A DNA stretch of 63,111 nucleotides, the filler included, from Octopus bimaculoides (Eukaryota): the NCBI RefSeq assembly GCF_001194135.2. It is 7 parts of 5 records of this genome, joined end to end, with 100 filler letters (N's around TTAATTAATTAA, not from the genome) between each part and the next. Parts side by side here need not be neighbours in the genome. Positions count along the whole stretch, not along the records: positions 8,851 to 32,225 come from NC_068981.1; positions 32,326 to 51,209 come from NC_068986.1; 5 more parts are not named here. One strand, 5' to 3'. Position 1 is the first letter of the stretch. Every line of letters starts with the position of its first letter. Position numbers and translations under genes: made by a program. Below the pieces are notes generated by a model. It saw nothing but the letters and a program-made list of their open reading frames with translations. It ran no database searches and was not told the origin of the DNA. Shown piece after piece: positions 25,240-37,829 of the stretch.

Positions 25240-25495
25240 ACATATCTATAGATACTGGTGGTAAATGAGTATCATCGTCAGACAAGTGATGTTGTTCATT
25301 TCCAGTCTTTTGTGAAAAACATGTCTGCTCATAGGGAAATATTACTTCGCTTGGCAACAAGAAGGACATCCATCTGTAGAAAATTTGGCTCAACAAAATT
25401 CTGTCTGACCCATGTCAAGTAGATGTAAAAAAACAATGAAGATGATAACGATGATGTTGATACTATTTTGGTTGTATTGTTAAGAAATTTACTTC
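25240..25495 (+). repeat. 256-bp exact direct duplication, copy 2
   Basis: Identical to 23515-23770; ends where the hairpin at 25495-25536 begins. Confidence 0.92.
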
Positions 25496-26339
25496 TTAAC
25501 CACAGTGAGATCGAACCTGGTCTCACTGTGGTCAAGTGTCATCGACATTATGCCCTGAGCTAACCAAAGACACATGAGTGAATTTAGAAGATGTAATCTG
25601 AGAGAAGCCCATAATGTTTGTATGTAATAAAGGTGTGTATGTTTGTGTCTCTTTGTCTTGACATCATGTGCTATGTGTAAAGAAATGTCACCATTATGAA
25701 AACATTGGGTTTTTTTGTTTTTTTTTTGCAATCTTCCATGAAAACATGCCTGATCATTGTACTGTTCATATTTAAAAGAGTATGGGACATGTCATCTTGC
25801 TTGGAAACAGGAAAAGCATCTGGTCATTAAAAATTCTTTACTATATTAACAAAAATAATCATTCTTGAAGACATATAAAATACATCCAATAGAAATATTT
25901 TGTTTGACAAGAAATATATAGAAATATATGTTTAATAGTTTACATCAATGCAGGTGTGAATTTCCTCATAAACTTATACTTCTCCACACTATTGATTTCA
26001 CATTTTGGTGTGAATTACAGAGCATCCAGCCATAAAAATCATGCCAAAGCTGATCTCCTTTACATTCTTATGAAACACCTACCTCTATCCCCTCTACTAT
26101 TTATACCCCCCCCCCACTGTTCCCTGTGGTTAGGCCTTCTCTCTCATTCTGACTGTCTCTTTGTTTTTCTCCCTAACTCTCTCCCATCTTCCTCTTCTTC
26201 CTTGTCCTGCCAGGGTAGCCAAGTATCTTGTCTGTTGTAAGACAATCATCTCTGTCCCTCTATCATATTCTAACCTCTCATCTGGCACATGGTCACTTCT
26301 CTTAGTACTAGTCTCTCTCTCTCTCTCTCTCTCTCTCAG

Positions 26340-26598
26340 CTGAGAGGTCTTTGTCTTGCAAACTATCTGGCAACCCCACTGGTGCTGGTGCCACATAAAA
26401 AAGCATCAGTGCTGGTGCTGCATAAAAAGCACCCAGTACACTCTCTGAAGTGGTTGGCATTAGGAAGGGCATCCAGCCATAGAAACCATGCCAAAACAGA
26501 CAATGGACCCTAGTACATCTCCCAGCCCTACCAGCTCCTATCAAACTGTCCAATCCATGACACAGCATGGAAAACAGATATTAAATGATGATGATGAT
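26340..26598 (+). mobile_element. Family 'C' retroposon
   Basis: GGTTGGCATTAGGAAGGGCATCCAGCC...CCAATCCATGACACAGCATGGAAAACAGATATTAAATGATGATGATG. Confidence 0.7.
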
Positions 26599-26799
26599 TT
26601 GAACTCATCATCAGATGTCTTATCCCTGAATATATAGCTGGTTCTGTACTGGATTCAAACAAGGAACCACTATTTCTCAACTAAGTACTGTAATCTTGTG
26701 GGATTGCTATTTTCAATCCTATAGGAAATCACTTTTCTTCCCAATCAGCTTTTCTTATTCTTTTATCTTTTCAAATCTACCTTATCTTCTGATAAAGAA

Positions 26800-27010
26800 A
26801 CAGCATCTGAACAGGGATGTAAATAAGCCTACACCAGTTGCCAGGCAGTTGTGGGGGACAAAAACACACACATACAACACCTTCTTTCAGTTTCCATCCA
26901 CCAAGTCCTCTCACAAGGTTTTGGTTAGCTTCAGGCTATAGTAGAAAACACTCGCCTAAGGTGGGACTGAACTCAGAACCATGTGGTTGGGGAGCAAACT
27001 TCCTACCATA
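26800..27010 (-). mobile_element. SINE family 'A', partial
   Basis: CTTCTTTCAGTTTCCATCCACCAAG...GGCTATAGTAGAAAACAC...GGGACTGAACTCAGAACCATGTGGTTG. Confidence 0.7.
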
Positions 27011-27168
27011 CATACACACTTACATATATGTGTGTATACAACAGGCCGCTTTCCATTTTTGCCTGCTGTCCACTCGCATGAAGACACTTTTTCCAAAGCA
27101 AAGATACACACACACACACACACACACACACGAGAGAGAGAGAGAGAGAGAGAAACAGAGAGACAGGC

Positions 27169-27221
<53 letters not shown>

Positions 27222-27994
27222 GAGAGACAGGCAGACAGAGAGAGAGCGAGAGCAACTCGCATCTGTGATTACTAAGGTTTGTGTGAGTATAAATTGATGG
27301 CATTCAAGGGGGGGGGGGTTAATAAAACGAGTATTTTAAATTGGTTTCAGTCAATGTTTATATAAGTATTTGAGTGTATGAGTTGCTAAAGCTGATCATT
27401 ATCTGCTCCAACTCACATCTGTTGCCAGTCATGTTGTCTGTGGGTGGTGCAAGCTTTTGTGTTTTTAGTACTTTTCAAAAAAATAAGTATTCCTACAACC
27501 TACATTTACTTAAAACCAGAAAATCTTTTAAGCAACTTAACAGGAAATTAGTACAAATGTATTTTGTTTATCTTTGTTTATTATCAAAAGGAAAGGCTAC
27601 TTCTGTGCAGCTCTCTCTCTCTCTCTCTCTCTCTACTGGTTATGCTTATTAGTGTGTGTTGTTGTAAACAACTTCACGACCTTATTGCTAAAGTTGGTAA
27701 AGAGATGTTCAATGAAAGTTCTAACTGGTGACTGAACTAGACCTCTAGCAATCAAGTATTTCAGTTTAGACGGCTCACCTTCTCCAGGGCATGCGCTCAG
27801 AGCATTCTTTTCTGTGTAGACAACGCCTGGACTATAATAAACAAGTTTCAAGATTGCTTTGATGGCAGTAGATACACCAGGCTTCTCATGGCATTAGCAC
27901 AAAACTAAGGAGATTTATAGATACATTCTAGCCATTTGTTATTGTTGTATAATGTTTGATAGTCTTTTACTGACCACTGCTATCATGCCCAACA

Positions 27995-28200
27995 CCAGGC
28001 TGCATCATCATCAGGTCAAGCTTGCTCAGACATTTTAAACCTATGTATGCCATCCATCTCAGTCCTGCATTAGTGTCTCTGATAAGTTGATCTACATACA
28101 TTCTGTTCAGGTAACCTGCTTGAGTATGGCCATGCTTCGGCATCCTTAGATGTTTAATTTTGGAGGCTTCTACATCCTGATAGAATAGTGTTCCTTCAGC
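27995..28200 (-). mobile_element. 3' end of an RTE-clade LINE
   Basis: PKHGHTQAGYLNRMYVDQLIRDT resembles the RTE ORF C-terminus (PKHG.RSRGRP..TYIDQL..DT). It ends in GTCTGAGCAAGCTTGACCTGATGATGATG, a (TGA)n tail. Confidence 0.65.
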
Positions 28201-28927
28201 TGGACTCCACATGACCTTTGGGGGACCACGTAAGATTTTGTTATTAAAATTGATGTGCAATAAATTATTATTATACAATACACCAAATATTTTAACAAGT
28301 ATCTATACAGTTCCTAATAATATTTAATTATAAAAATCTTAAAGGATTTTTTAAACATCAAATGGCTATGGGGTCCAGTTGAGTAAAATAGGAATTAAAG
28401 AGGTCCATAGGGTAAAAAAGGGTTAAGAAGCACTGGATTAGAGGATGGAGCTCACTCAGCTGCATTAATGTTGTTGTTGAGAAACAAACATGAAACTGAG
28501 GATCTACCAAAGCTAATGGATGGGGTGTTGCAGAGCTTCTTGGTGTGGTGTTGTGAAGCACATCTTGGTTGTGGCTGCTTGAAAAAGAAGAAGAATATAA
28601 TTCAGAATCCAGTAAGCGACAGCCTGTGAGCCATGCTTCATTTCACCCAGCCTCCCTTCTTTACAAGTGGACAGCAGGCAAAAATGGAAAGTGGCCTGTT
28701 GTATGCACACATATGTGTGTATGTATTGAAGGAAGTTTGTTTCCGAACCACATGGTTCTGGGTTCAGTCCCACCTAAGGCAAGTGTTTTCTACTGTAACC
28801 CCTGAAACCAACCAAAACCTTGTGAGAAGACTTGGTGGATAGAAGCAGAAAGAAGGTGTTGTATGTGTGTGTGTATAAGTCTCTGTTTTGGAAAAGTGTC
28901 TTCATGTAACTTTGCCAAAGTCTGCAA

Positions 28928-29297
28928 GGCGTAGGAGTGACTGTGTGGTAAGTAGCTTGCTTACGAACTACATGGTTCCGGGTTCAGTCCCACTGCGTGG
29001 CACCTTGAACAAGTGTCTTCTACTATAGCCTCGGGCCGGCCAAAGCCTTGTGAGTGGATTTGGTAGACGGAAACTGAAAGAAGCCCGTCGTATATATGTG
29101 TGTGTGTTTGTCTCCCAACATCGCTTGACAACCGATGCTGGTGTGTTTACGTCCTCGTAACTTAGCGTTTCAGCAAAAAATACCAATAGAATAAGTACTA
29201 GGCTTACAAAGAATAAGTCCTGGGGTCGATTTACTCGACTAAAGGTGGTGCTCCAGCATGGCCGCAGTCAAATGACTGAAACAAGTAAAAGAGAGTA
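28928..29297 (+). mobile_element. SINE family 'A', best-preserved full-length copy
   Basis: tRNA-like head with A box (GTGACTGTGTGGT) and B box (GGTTCAGTCCC), body, and tail GAATAAGTCCTGGGGTCGAT...GCAGTCAAATGACTGAAACAAGTAAAAGA. Confidence 0.85.
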
Positions 29298-30717
29298 ATC
29301 ATTATTTCTACACTCTGCTATACACTTGTGTCTCTGTCCACCCCACCCACCCCCCGAAGAAACCGAAATCATTTCTCAGCATTTCTCTCTATATCCTAAG
29401 GTATTGTTTCCTTCTTTTTCTTTTCTTTTAAAGTTGTTTGGCTGTGATTTCAGGGAGTCTTGGCTGTTTTTCTTCATTTCTTTCCTCGCAGGTTAAATGG
29501 CTTCATAGTCTCTCCTCACTAGTTTACCTTTTATCGTTGTGTCGGTAGTTGAAGCAGAGAGATTGCGTCGGGTGTATAGCAGGTTAGGACAGCATTTCTC
29601 TAGTACATAAGTAGCTTGTTCAGCTTACACTAAGCCTACAGTGACAAAAGTGAACAGATAAATCTTTTATGTAGGAGCCAATGAAATATTACTTCATAAT
29701 ATCTGAATAAACGTCCATAGCGTGTAAAGTTAATGCATAAAAAAGCAATGTTGTACAAAAACTCTACATTTCCATCATCTTTTTTTTCTTCTCTTTTTGT
29801 TAACCTGTTTCTTCTTTTTCATTATCCCATTTTCACTCTAAATATTTTTGACCTAAGTTTACCTTGGATGCCACTAATTATTTTATTCATGACTTTATTT
29901 ATATTGTTATTATATTTTCGTTTTTCAGTTTTTCTTTATATTCAAGTCTCACTGCGTGGTACTTCCACAGTCCTGGGCCAACCAAATCCTTGCCAGTGGA
30001 TTTGGAAGATGGAAACTGAAAGAAGCCCATCATGTATGTGTGTGTGTGTGTGTGTGTGCATGTTACTGTCCCCTTGTCTTGACTTGACATGATAATTGTA
30101 AACAAGTATCACCATCATACAAGTAGTGTCCTTCATTCCAAATCTTCCCTAAAAACATGTCTAGTCATCGGAAGATATTACCTTGCTTGGAGACAGGTGA
30201 GAATTAGCAACAGAGCAGAGCGTCTGGCTGTAGAAGATCTGCCTCAATAAATTCCATCTGACCCATGGAAGCACGGAAAAGTAGATGTTGAAACAATGAT
30301 GATGGTGATAAGAGACAGTAATTGTGTTGCTCCTCGATAGCAATTGTTTCACTGACACATCAGTGTCATCAATTAACATCCCTGTTGGCATGGTTGGACA
30401 GGAGCTGGAGGGCTGCACTGGGCTCCATTGTCGGCTTTGGCATGGTTTCTATGGCTGGATGCTCTTCCTGATGCCAACCACTTGACACATTGAACTGGGT
30501 GCTCTGTATGTGGCACCAGCACTGGTGCTTTTTACATGACACCAACATCAGCAGGGTCACCAAGTAACTTGCAAGACAAAGACCACTTAGATGGGATCCA
30601 ACAGGTCAGATGACCACGTCTGAATCCAGTGTCTCAGTTTTGGCATGGTTTCAATGACTGGATGCCCTTCCTAACACCAACCACTTTATAGAGTGTATTG
30701 AGTTCTTTCTTTTTAAA

Positions 30718-31170
30718 TCATTATCATCATCATAATCGTTTTACGTCTGTTTTCCATGCTGGCATGGGTTGGACGGTTTGATTCAGGACTGGTGAGCCAG
30801 AGGCTGCACCAGGCTCAATCTGATCTGGCAAAGTTTCTACAGTTGGATGCCCTTCCTAACACCAGTCACTCCGAGAGTGTAGTGGGTGCTTTTTATGTGC
30901 CACCAGCATGAGGGCTAGTCAGGCAGTTCTTGCAACGACCACGCTCAAAATGTGTTTTTACATGCTACCTGCACAGGAGCCAGTTCGGCGGCACTGGCAA
31001 TGACCACGATCGAATGTTGTTTTACATGTGCCACCAGCACATGTGCCAGTAATGCGACACTGGCAACAATCACATTCAAATGATGCTTTTCATGTGTCAC
31101 CAGCATGGGAGCCAATCCGTGGCCCTGGCAACGCTCACGCTCAGATGTGCTTTTAACATTCCACTGGCAT
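30718..31170 (-). mobile_element. Family 'C' retroposon with a longer internal tandem array (4-5 units)
   Basis: Family C tail, then repeated TTTTTA(T/C)(G/A)TG(C/T)...CACCAGCA...GCCAG...GGCAA..A.CAC units. Confidence 0.75.
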
Positions 31171-31756
31171 GATACCAAGATTGACGAAGTCACCATGGTT
31201 GCACGACTATCCCACTCGATTGAGTTAGAAGTGGAAGAGAGAAGGAGTTGGGTTTATATATTAAATGTTGAGAGAGTAAAGGATGAGAGAAAGGAGGGGG
31301 TCAGGTTTGTTGTTGTAGAAGAGATACTTGACTACTTTGCCGCCTTAATTTACCAAAATATTGCAACATAATAATTTTGATGAGGCACAATTGTATTTCT
31401 CACATAGAAAAATTGTATTACTGACATTGAATAATTATAATAATGGCATGGAACAATTCTATTTCTCAAACAACAGATTGAGAGAGAACAGTTATATTAG
31501 TCATATAAAACTATTGTATTACCAACGTAAAACAATTATATTACTGGTATAGAACAACTGCATTAGGGCAAAATAAACGTTTCCATGTACATTTTTGATT
31601 CTCATTAAATGGTTCCATGGTAATTAGTACACTATTTTAATTCCCTGTATGTGCTATCTTAATTATTCATGACATTTATTTCCATGCAATTATCCGAACA
31701 CTTCCCTTTTCTGGTTATTCCTCACTAATAATTCAATGTCTTGTTTTATTGTACAG

Positions 31757-31835
31757 ATCCCCAAACTTATCAGCTAATTGAACATGTCCTTGTTGATCAG
31801 TCTCTACCGGCTGAGGCTAGAATTGCTGCACCAGA
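31757..31835 (+). CDS. Candidate internal exon of the unidentified + gene ((D)PQTYQLIEHVLVDQSLPAEARIAAP(D/E))
   Basis: Acceptor TTGTTTTATTGTACAG| and donor GA|GTAAGT; 79 nt. Only the phase-1 frame is open, which is the phase donated by 19675-19795. Confidence 0.65.
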
Positions 31836-31957
31836 GTAAGTACTCCAATATACATATGTATTATTTTTCCTCTTCTCCTTTCAATCAGGGGCCAAGCTGG
31901 GGCACTGCCATGCACAGTTTTAGCCAAATGAATCAATTACAGTATTTCAGTTTTATA

Positions 31958-32176
31958 TTACTCTTTACCTGTTTCAGTCATTTGACTGCGGCCATGCTGG
32001 AGCACCACCTTTAGTCGAGCAAATTGACCCCAGGACTTATTCTTTGGAAGCCTAGTACTTATTCTATTGGTCTCTTTTGCTGAACCGCTAAGTTACGGGG
32101 ACGTAAACACGCCAGCATCGGTTGTCAAGCAATGTTGGGGGAACAAACACAGACACACAAACATACACACACACAC

Positions 32177-32225
<49 letters not shown>

Positions 32226-32515
32226 NNNNNNNNNNNNNNNNNNNNNNNNNNNNNNNNNNNNNNNNNNNNTTAATTAATTAANNNNNNNNNNNNNNNNNNN
32301 NNNNNNNNNNNNNNNNNNNNNNNNNATATATATATATATATATATATATAAGGCGGAATTCTTTCAGTTTCCGTCTTCTTAATCCACTCACAAGACTTTG
32401 GTCGGCCCGAGGGCTATATAGTAGAAGGCATTTGCCAAACGCGCCACGCAGTGGGACTGAACCCGGAACCATGTGGTTTGCAAGCAATCTTCTTACCACA
32501 CAGCCAACCCTCGCC
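31958..32515 (-). mobile_element. SINE family 'A', full-length, interrupted by (TA)n and a gap
   Basis: Reverse complement of the 28928 copy; 4 substitutions in about 105 bp of the tail. Confidence 0.85.
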
Positions 32516-33095
32516 TATTATATATTTTTTGTTTCCTTGGAAGATCTGGAGTTGCCCACATCATTCCATGTCACCGATTTTGTCGAAAAAAATCATAAGC
32601 ACAAATCTTACCGTTTGCTATCCATTTCGTCGCAGCCGAACTCAGACTCTAAAGTGCCGGAAGAAATGCTACAAGGCGTTTTGTTCGATGCTCAAATGGC
32701 TCTGTCAATTCTCCACCGCTCAGTCACCTTTATGTGTGTGTGTGTATATAAGTGTGTATGTGTCTGTGTGCAGGCTCATCTGTGTACGTATGTGTGTGCG
32801 TGCATGTGCTTATTTCAGAATGTTTGCCTGCGTAAGTGTGTGTTTCTGTATAACTGTGGATTTGTTTGCGTGTTCGCAAATGTGTGTTTATATTAAGTAT
32901 GTGTCTGTGTTCATGTTCATGTGTGCGCTTGAAGGCGCGCGTATATGTGCAAATGTATGTATGTGTCTTTGTGTTCATACGAGAGTACGTGGTTGTGTAT
33001 GTGCGTTTATGCCTTTGTATGTATGCTTATGTGTGTGCAGGCATACGTCTGTCTATATGTGTATGCTTGTGTCTGAGACTGTGTCTCTGTATGCT

Positions 33096-33150
<55 letters not shown>

Positions 33151-33819
33151 NNNNNNNNNNNNNNNNNNNNNNNNNNNNNNNNNNNNNNNNNNNNNNNNNN
33201 NNNNNNNNNNNNNNNNNNNNNNNNNNNNNNNNNNNNNNNNNNNNNNNNNNNNNNNNNNNNNNNNNNNNNNNNNNNNNNNNNNNNNNNNNNNNNNNNNNNN
33301 NNNNNNNNNNNNNNNNNNNNNNNNNNNNNNNNNNNNNNNNNNNNNNNNNNNNNNNNNNNNNNNNNNNNNNNNNNNNNNNNNNNNNNNNNNNNNNNNNNNN
33401 NNNNNNNNNNNNNNNNNNNNNNNNNNNNNNNNNNNNNNNNNNNNNNNNNNNNNNNNNNNNNNNNNNNNNNNNNNNNNNNNNNNNNNNNNNNNNNNNNNNN
33501 NNNNNNNNNNNNNNNNNNNNNNNNNNNNNNNNNNNNNNNNNNNNNNNNNNNNNNNNNNNNNNNNNNNNNNNNNNNNNNNNNNNNNNNNNNNNNNNNNNNN
33601 NNNNNNNNNNNNNNNNNNNNNNNNNNNNNNNNNNNNNNNNNNNNNNNNNNNNNNNNNNNNNNNNNNNNNNNNNNNNNNNNNNNNNNNNNNNNNNNNNNNN
33701 NNNNNNNNNNNNNNNNNNNNNNNNNNNNNNNNNNNNNNNNNNNNNNNNNNNNNNNNNNNNNNNNNNNNNNNNNNNNNNNNNNNNNNNNNNNNNNNNNNNN
33801 NNNNNNNNNNNNNNNNNNN

Positions 33820-33883
<64 letters not shown>

Positions 33884-34444
33884 TGTTGTATTTAGCACCC
33901 TTGTCCTGTTCAACCCTGTCGAGTTTCTCTCTTTTCTCTACTCACAGGTATAACAGATTTGAAGGAGATTTGGCTGGTATTTCTAGCAGATCAAGTGATT
34001 TGGGGGCAGATACAGGAAACATCATTCGAGAAGCCGGCCATATGAGACATGACTTAACATCAGGCGAGCTACACTACTAAAAATACTCGAGGTAAGTCTG
34101 TCGTTAGGCTTGCCATTCAGAATATCTCGCGGGCCGCAATTTGCCCATGACTGAAGTAAAGTGTTCCTTGTTGGATCGTGTTTTTGATTACACGTAGAAA
34201 AAAGATTGACAGTTTCAGTTGAGATGTCATAATTTTGTTGTGTTTTGGGAGAGTCATTACGCCAATAATACCAACACATGCACAGGTTCATTTCCACTTC
34301 TTTACTGTTGGTCAATGAGTTAAGTATCTAACCAATCGATCCTTTGTTCAATGTATTGTTAATCAATCAATCGGTTGTTTAGTAATCAAAATTCATTTGT
34401 CGTTTTCCACGACCTTTTAGACAACTTGACCTCTCCTAACTCTC

Positions 34445-34955
34445 CAATGTTGACTCTGCGACGTTACATGTGCCAAGCCGCATCGGCCTTTCCCGTGGAT
34501 AACAATGGTGGCGTGGAGACGGGAGGCCGGTATGCATGGGCGACTGCTGGTCTTACATAAACATCATTGCCCAGACTTGTGCCTGGGAGGGTAACTTTCT
34601 AGGTGCAATTCCATGGTCAGTCATGATCGAAGGGGTTCTCAGCATATATATATTTATATACATATGTGTGTCTGTCTTTGTGTGTGTGTGTATGCTTGTG
34701 TGTGTGAGTGTTCGTGTGGGTGTGTGTGTGTGTGTATGTGTGTGTTCGTGTGTGTGTGTGTTTGTCTCCCCACCATTGCTTGACAACCGATGTTGGTGTG
34801 TTTACGTCCCCGAAACTTAGAGGTTCGGCCAAAGGGTCCGATAGAATAAGTACTAGGCTTACAAAGAATGAGTCCTTTGGTCGATTTGTACGATTAAAGG
34901 CGGTGCTCCAGCATGGCCACTGTCAAATGACTGAAACAAATAAAAGAATAAGAGA
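34445..34955 (+). mobile_element. Family 'E' tail (34445-34630), microsatellite, then family 'A' tail (34750-34955)
   Basis: GCATGGGCGACTGCTGG...GACTTGTGCCTGGGAGGGTAACTTTCTAGGTGCAAT; then TTTGTCTCCCCACCATTGCTTGACAACCGATG...GACTGAAACAAATAAAAG. Confidence 0.7.
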
Positions 34956-35869
34956 ATGTCATCTTAATGGGGGAGCCATATTGAAAAATCGGGTCAAAGA
35001 TACACAAGGCTGGATTGGTTAAAGCTGAACTGTTTTCCGTCAGGAAGCTGACCGGGGTTAAACCGCCAATTTCAGCTATAAATGCATTTGTTAGTAACAC
35101 CACCACCACCACCATCACCACCACCACCACCATCACTACCACTACTACAGCAGTATCAAGCAACAGCAGCAGCAACAACAACAACAACAACAACAACAAC
35201 AAAAATTACTACTACTACTAGCTTAACACAAGACTATTACCAATACTTCAGGCACTGTTCGGCAAACGTCATCATTTAGAACTACCTCCGGCATCGCCAT
35301 GGAACTGGCACCAGTGCCACCACAGAACTACCACTAGTACGGCAACAGAACTACCGCTAACACCACCGCCAACCATCCTAATACCATCGGCCTAAGCTAT
35401 TTGCTGATATTATAAGAAGATCCACTACAGAGTGTTTGTAAGATGGCGGACAGGAGACAGGAAAAGTAGATGACAAGATGATGAAAAGGAAAGAGAAGGA
35501 AGAGGAGATGAGAAAATGATGGAAGGAGAAGGGGAAGGAAGATGTGAGGTGAAGTTGACTTGGGGTAAAGGACAAGGAAGAGGAGACAATGGGAGGGGAG
35601 CAAGAGTGGCTGCTTCCTTGAGATCAATGCCAACCTAATCAGGCGATAACAGAACAGATCAGAGAGACGTAAGGAGGGGATAGCAAACGTATACACAAAC
35701 AGCGAAACACATACACATACATAATGGATACACATACAAACATTTACATACACCCAAATGTTTATGTATATGTGTATGTGTTTGTGTGTATACCCTTACA
35801 TCAAACACATACATGCACACACTTATACATACATATATATGTACATAGACACACATATAGTTATGTACG

Positions 35870-36035
35870 CGCGGGCGTTGCTGTGTGGTAACAAGCTTGC
35901 TTCCTAACCACATGGTTCCGGGTTCAGAGACTCACTGCGAGGAGCCTTGGGCAAATATCTTCTGCTATAGCCTTGGGCCGGCCAAAGCCTTATTTGATGA
36001 TTTAGTAGACGGAAACTAAAAGAAGCCCGACGGGT

Positions 36036-36074
<39 letters not shown>

Positions 36075-36320
36075 GTATGCATACATTTATGCATGTTTCT
36101 GTGTTTATCCTCCCACCATTGCCTGACAATTGATGTTGCTATGTTTACGTACCCGTAACTTAGCGGCTCGGCAAAAGAGACCGATAGAATAAGTACTGGG
36201 CTAACAGAGAACAAGTTCTGGGCGGGAGGGGTCGGATCGATATCTTAGATTAAAGATCTTCACAGCAGTGCTCCAGCATGGCCGCAGTCAAATGACTGAA
36301 ACAACTAAAAGAATAAAAGA
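35870..36320 (+). mobile_element. SINE family 'A', full-length with an internal (TA)n tract
   Basis: Head GCTGTGTGGTAACAAGCTTGCTTCCTAACCACATGGTTCCGGGTTCAG; tail GCAGTCAAATGACTGAAACAACTAAAAG. Confidence 0.8.
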
Positions 36321-36539
36321 AAAATATGATTTTATACACACAAACGTTTACACTCATACAATGGCAAACATGCACACTTACATACAAGTAGACACACACA
36401 CACACACACATGCGAAAACATATGTACACGCATACGCACAGACACGCAGAAAACTTGTGTGAATACCAGTAATACTGTCCGGGCTGACACTGAAACAACA
36501 ATATCAGCGGCAACGGCAGCAGCAGCAGCAGCAGCAGCA

Positions 36540-36586
<47 letters not shown>

Positions 36587-36808
36587 TGCTGTTGTTGTTG
36601 TTGTTGTTGTTGCTCTTTATCCCTGTGGACATTTGGTAAACGCTATTCCAGCCGTGAGCCTCACGTCCATATTTTTGGCAATTGTCTACTACGGATACCC
36701 ATATCCAGTTTCTCAGGGTTTTTTTAAAGGAAGCTTGTGTAAGTTTTAATGGATATTTGGCTGATATTTCTAGCAGTTCTAGCACACACTTAGACACACA
36801 CACACACA

Positions 36809-36846
<38 letters not shown>

Positions 36847-36983
36847 TACTCACACATGCAGGATTACACGGTGGCTCACACATATTCAGGCTTGCATACA
36901 TATAAACACGTGTACAGAAGCACATATATACACACTTAAGCACACACTTATAAAAGCATGCATAGACGCATGTACATGAACAA

Positions 36984-37044
<61 letters not shown>

Positions 37045-37781
37045 CACGCTAACTGCAAGGTAACAGTCACAATTTCAGTATATTTGGTAGATATTGCTGA
37101 CGTTGCGATCGCTGTTTTTGATAACGATGACGATATGCTGACGATGATGATGATGATGATGATGATGATGAAGACGATGACGACGATGACGACGACGAGG
37201 ATGATGATGTTACAATTGCCCTTAATACTACTCAGGGAAACTCTTTGAAGTAGTGAGAGTAGGGAAGAAGAGAGGGAGAGAGAGAGAGAATGAGAGGTGG
37301 GAGACACGCAGAGAAGTACAAATATAAGAAAAACAACTCATGACAGATAATAGAGCTTAGGAAGAGAAAGAGAAGAATAGAAAAAAAGAGCAAATATGAG
37401 GATCTGTACACACACACATACACACATACATACACGCACACAGAAGCATGCACATAAATATAAATATATATGAAATGATATGAGACAATATCAGGGATAT
37501 TTCCAATATTCATTTCCGGCAGCTGTTTCAATAATTCTTACGTAACATTATAATATCAATCGCAATTATATTATTATATAATTACATAGGACACAGGACT
37601 CATATTATGAAGGATTTTTTTTCAATATATACTATGCGTATGTATGCATGTATATATGTACACTCTGACCCCGATCGCGTTGCTGTGTTCCACGTCAGCG
37701 ATACTTCGAATCATGTAGAACAGATTCGATTACTTATTAAATACAAACAGCTCTATCCAAATGTCCACCGACTTACACATA

Positions 37782-37829
<48 letters not shown>

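Noticed and set aside
27633-28278. Two protein-like minus-strand ORFs (103 and 72 aa)
   Set aside because: The first is explained by an RTE 3' end. The second has stops close on both sides, no convincing splice sites and no recognisable family.
28928-29000. tRNA-like A and B boxes
   Set aside because: These are SINE heads present in many diverged copies. I could not fold a complete cloverleaf.
34120-34152. hAT-like terminal motifs (GCGGGCCGCAATTTGCCCATGACTG; also CAGGGTTTCTCAACC near 54986)
   Set aside because: Single ends without partner TIRs or 8-bp TSDs.
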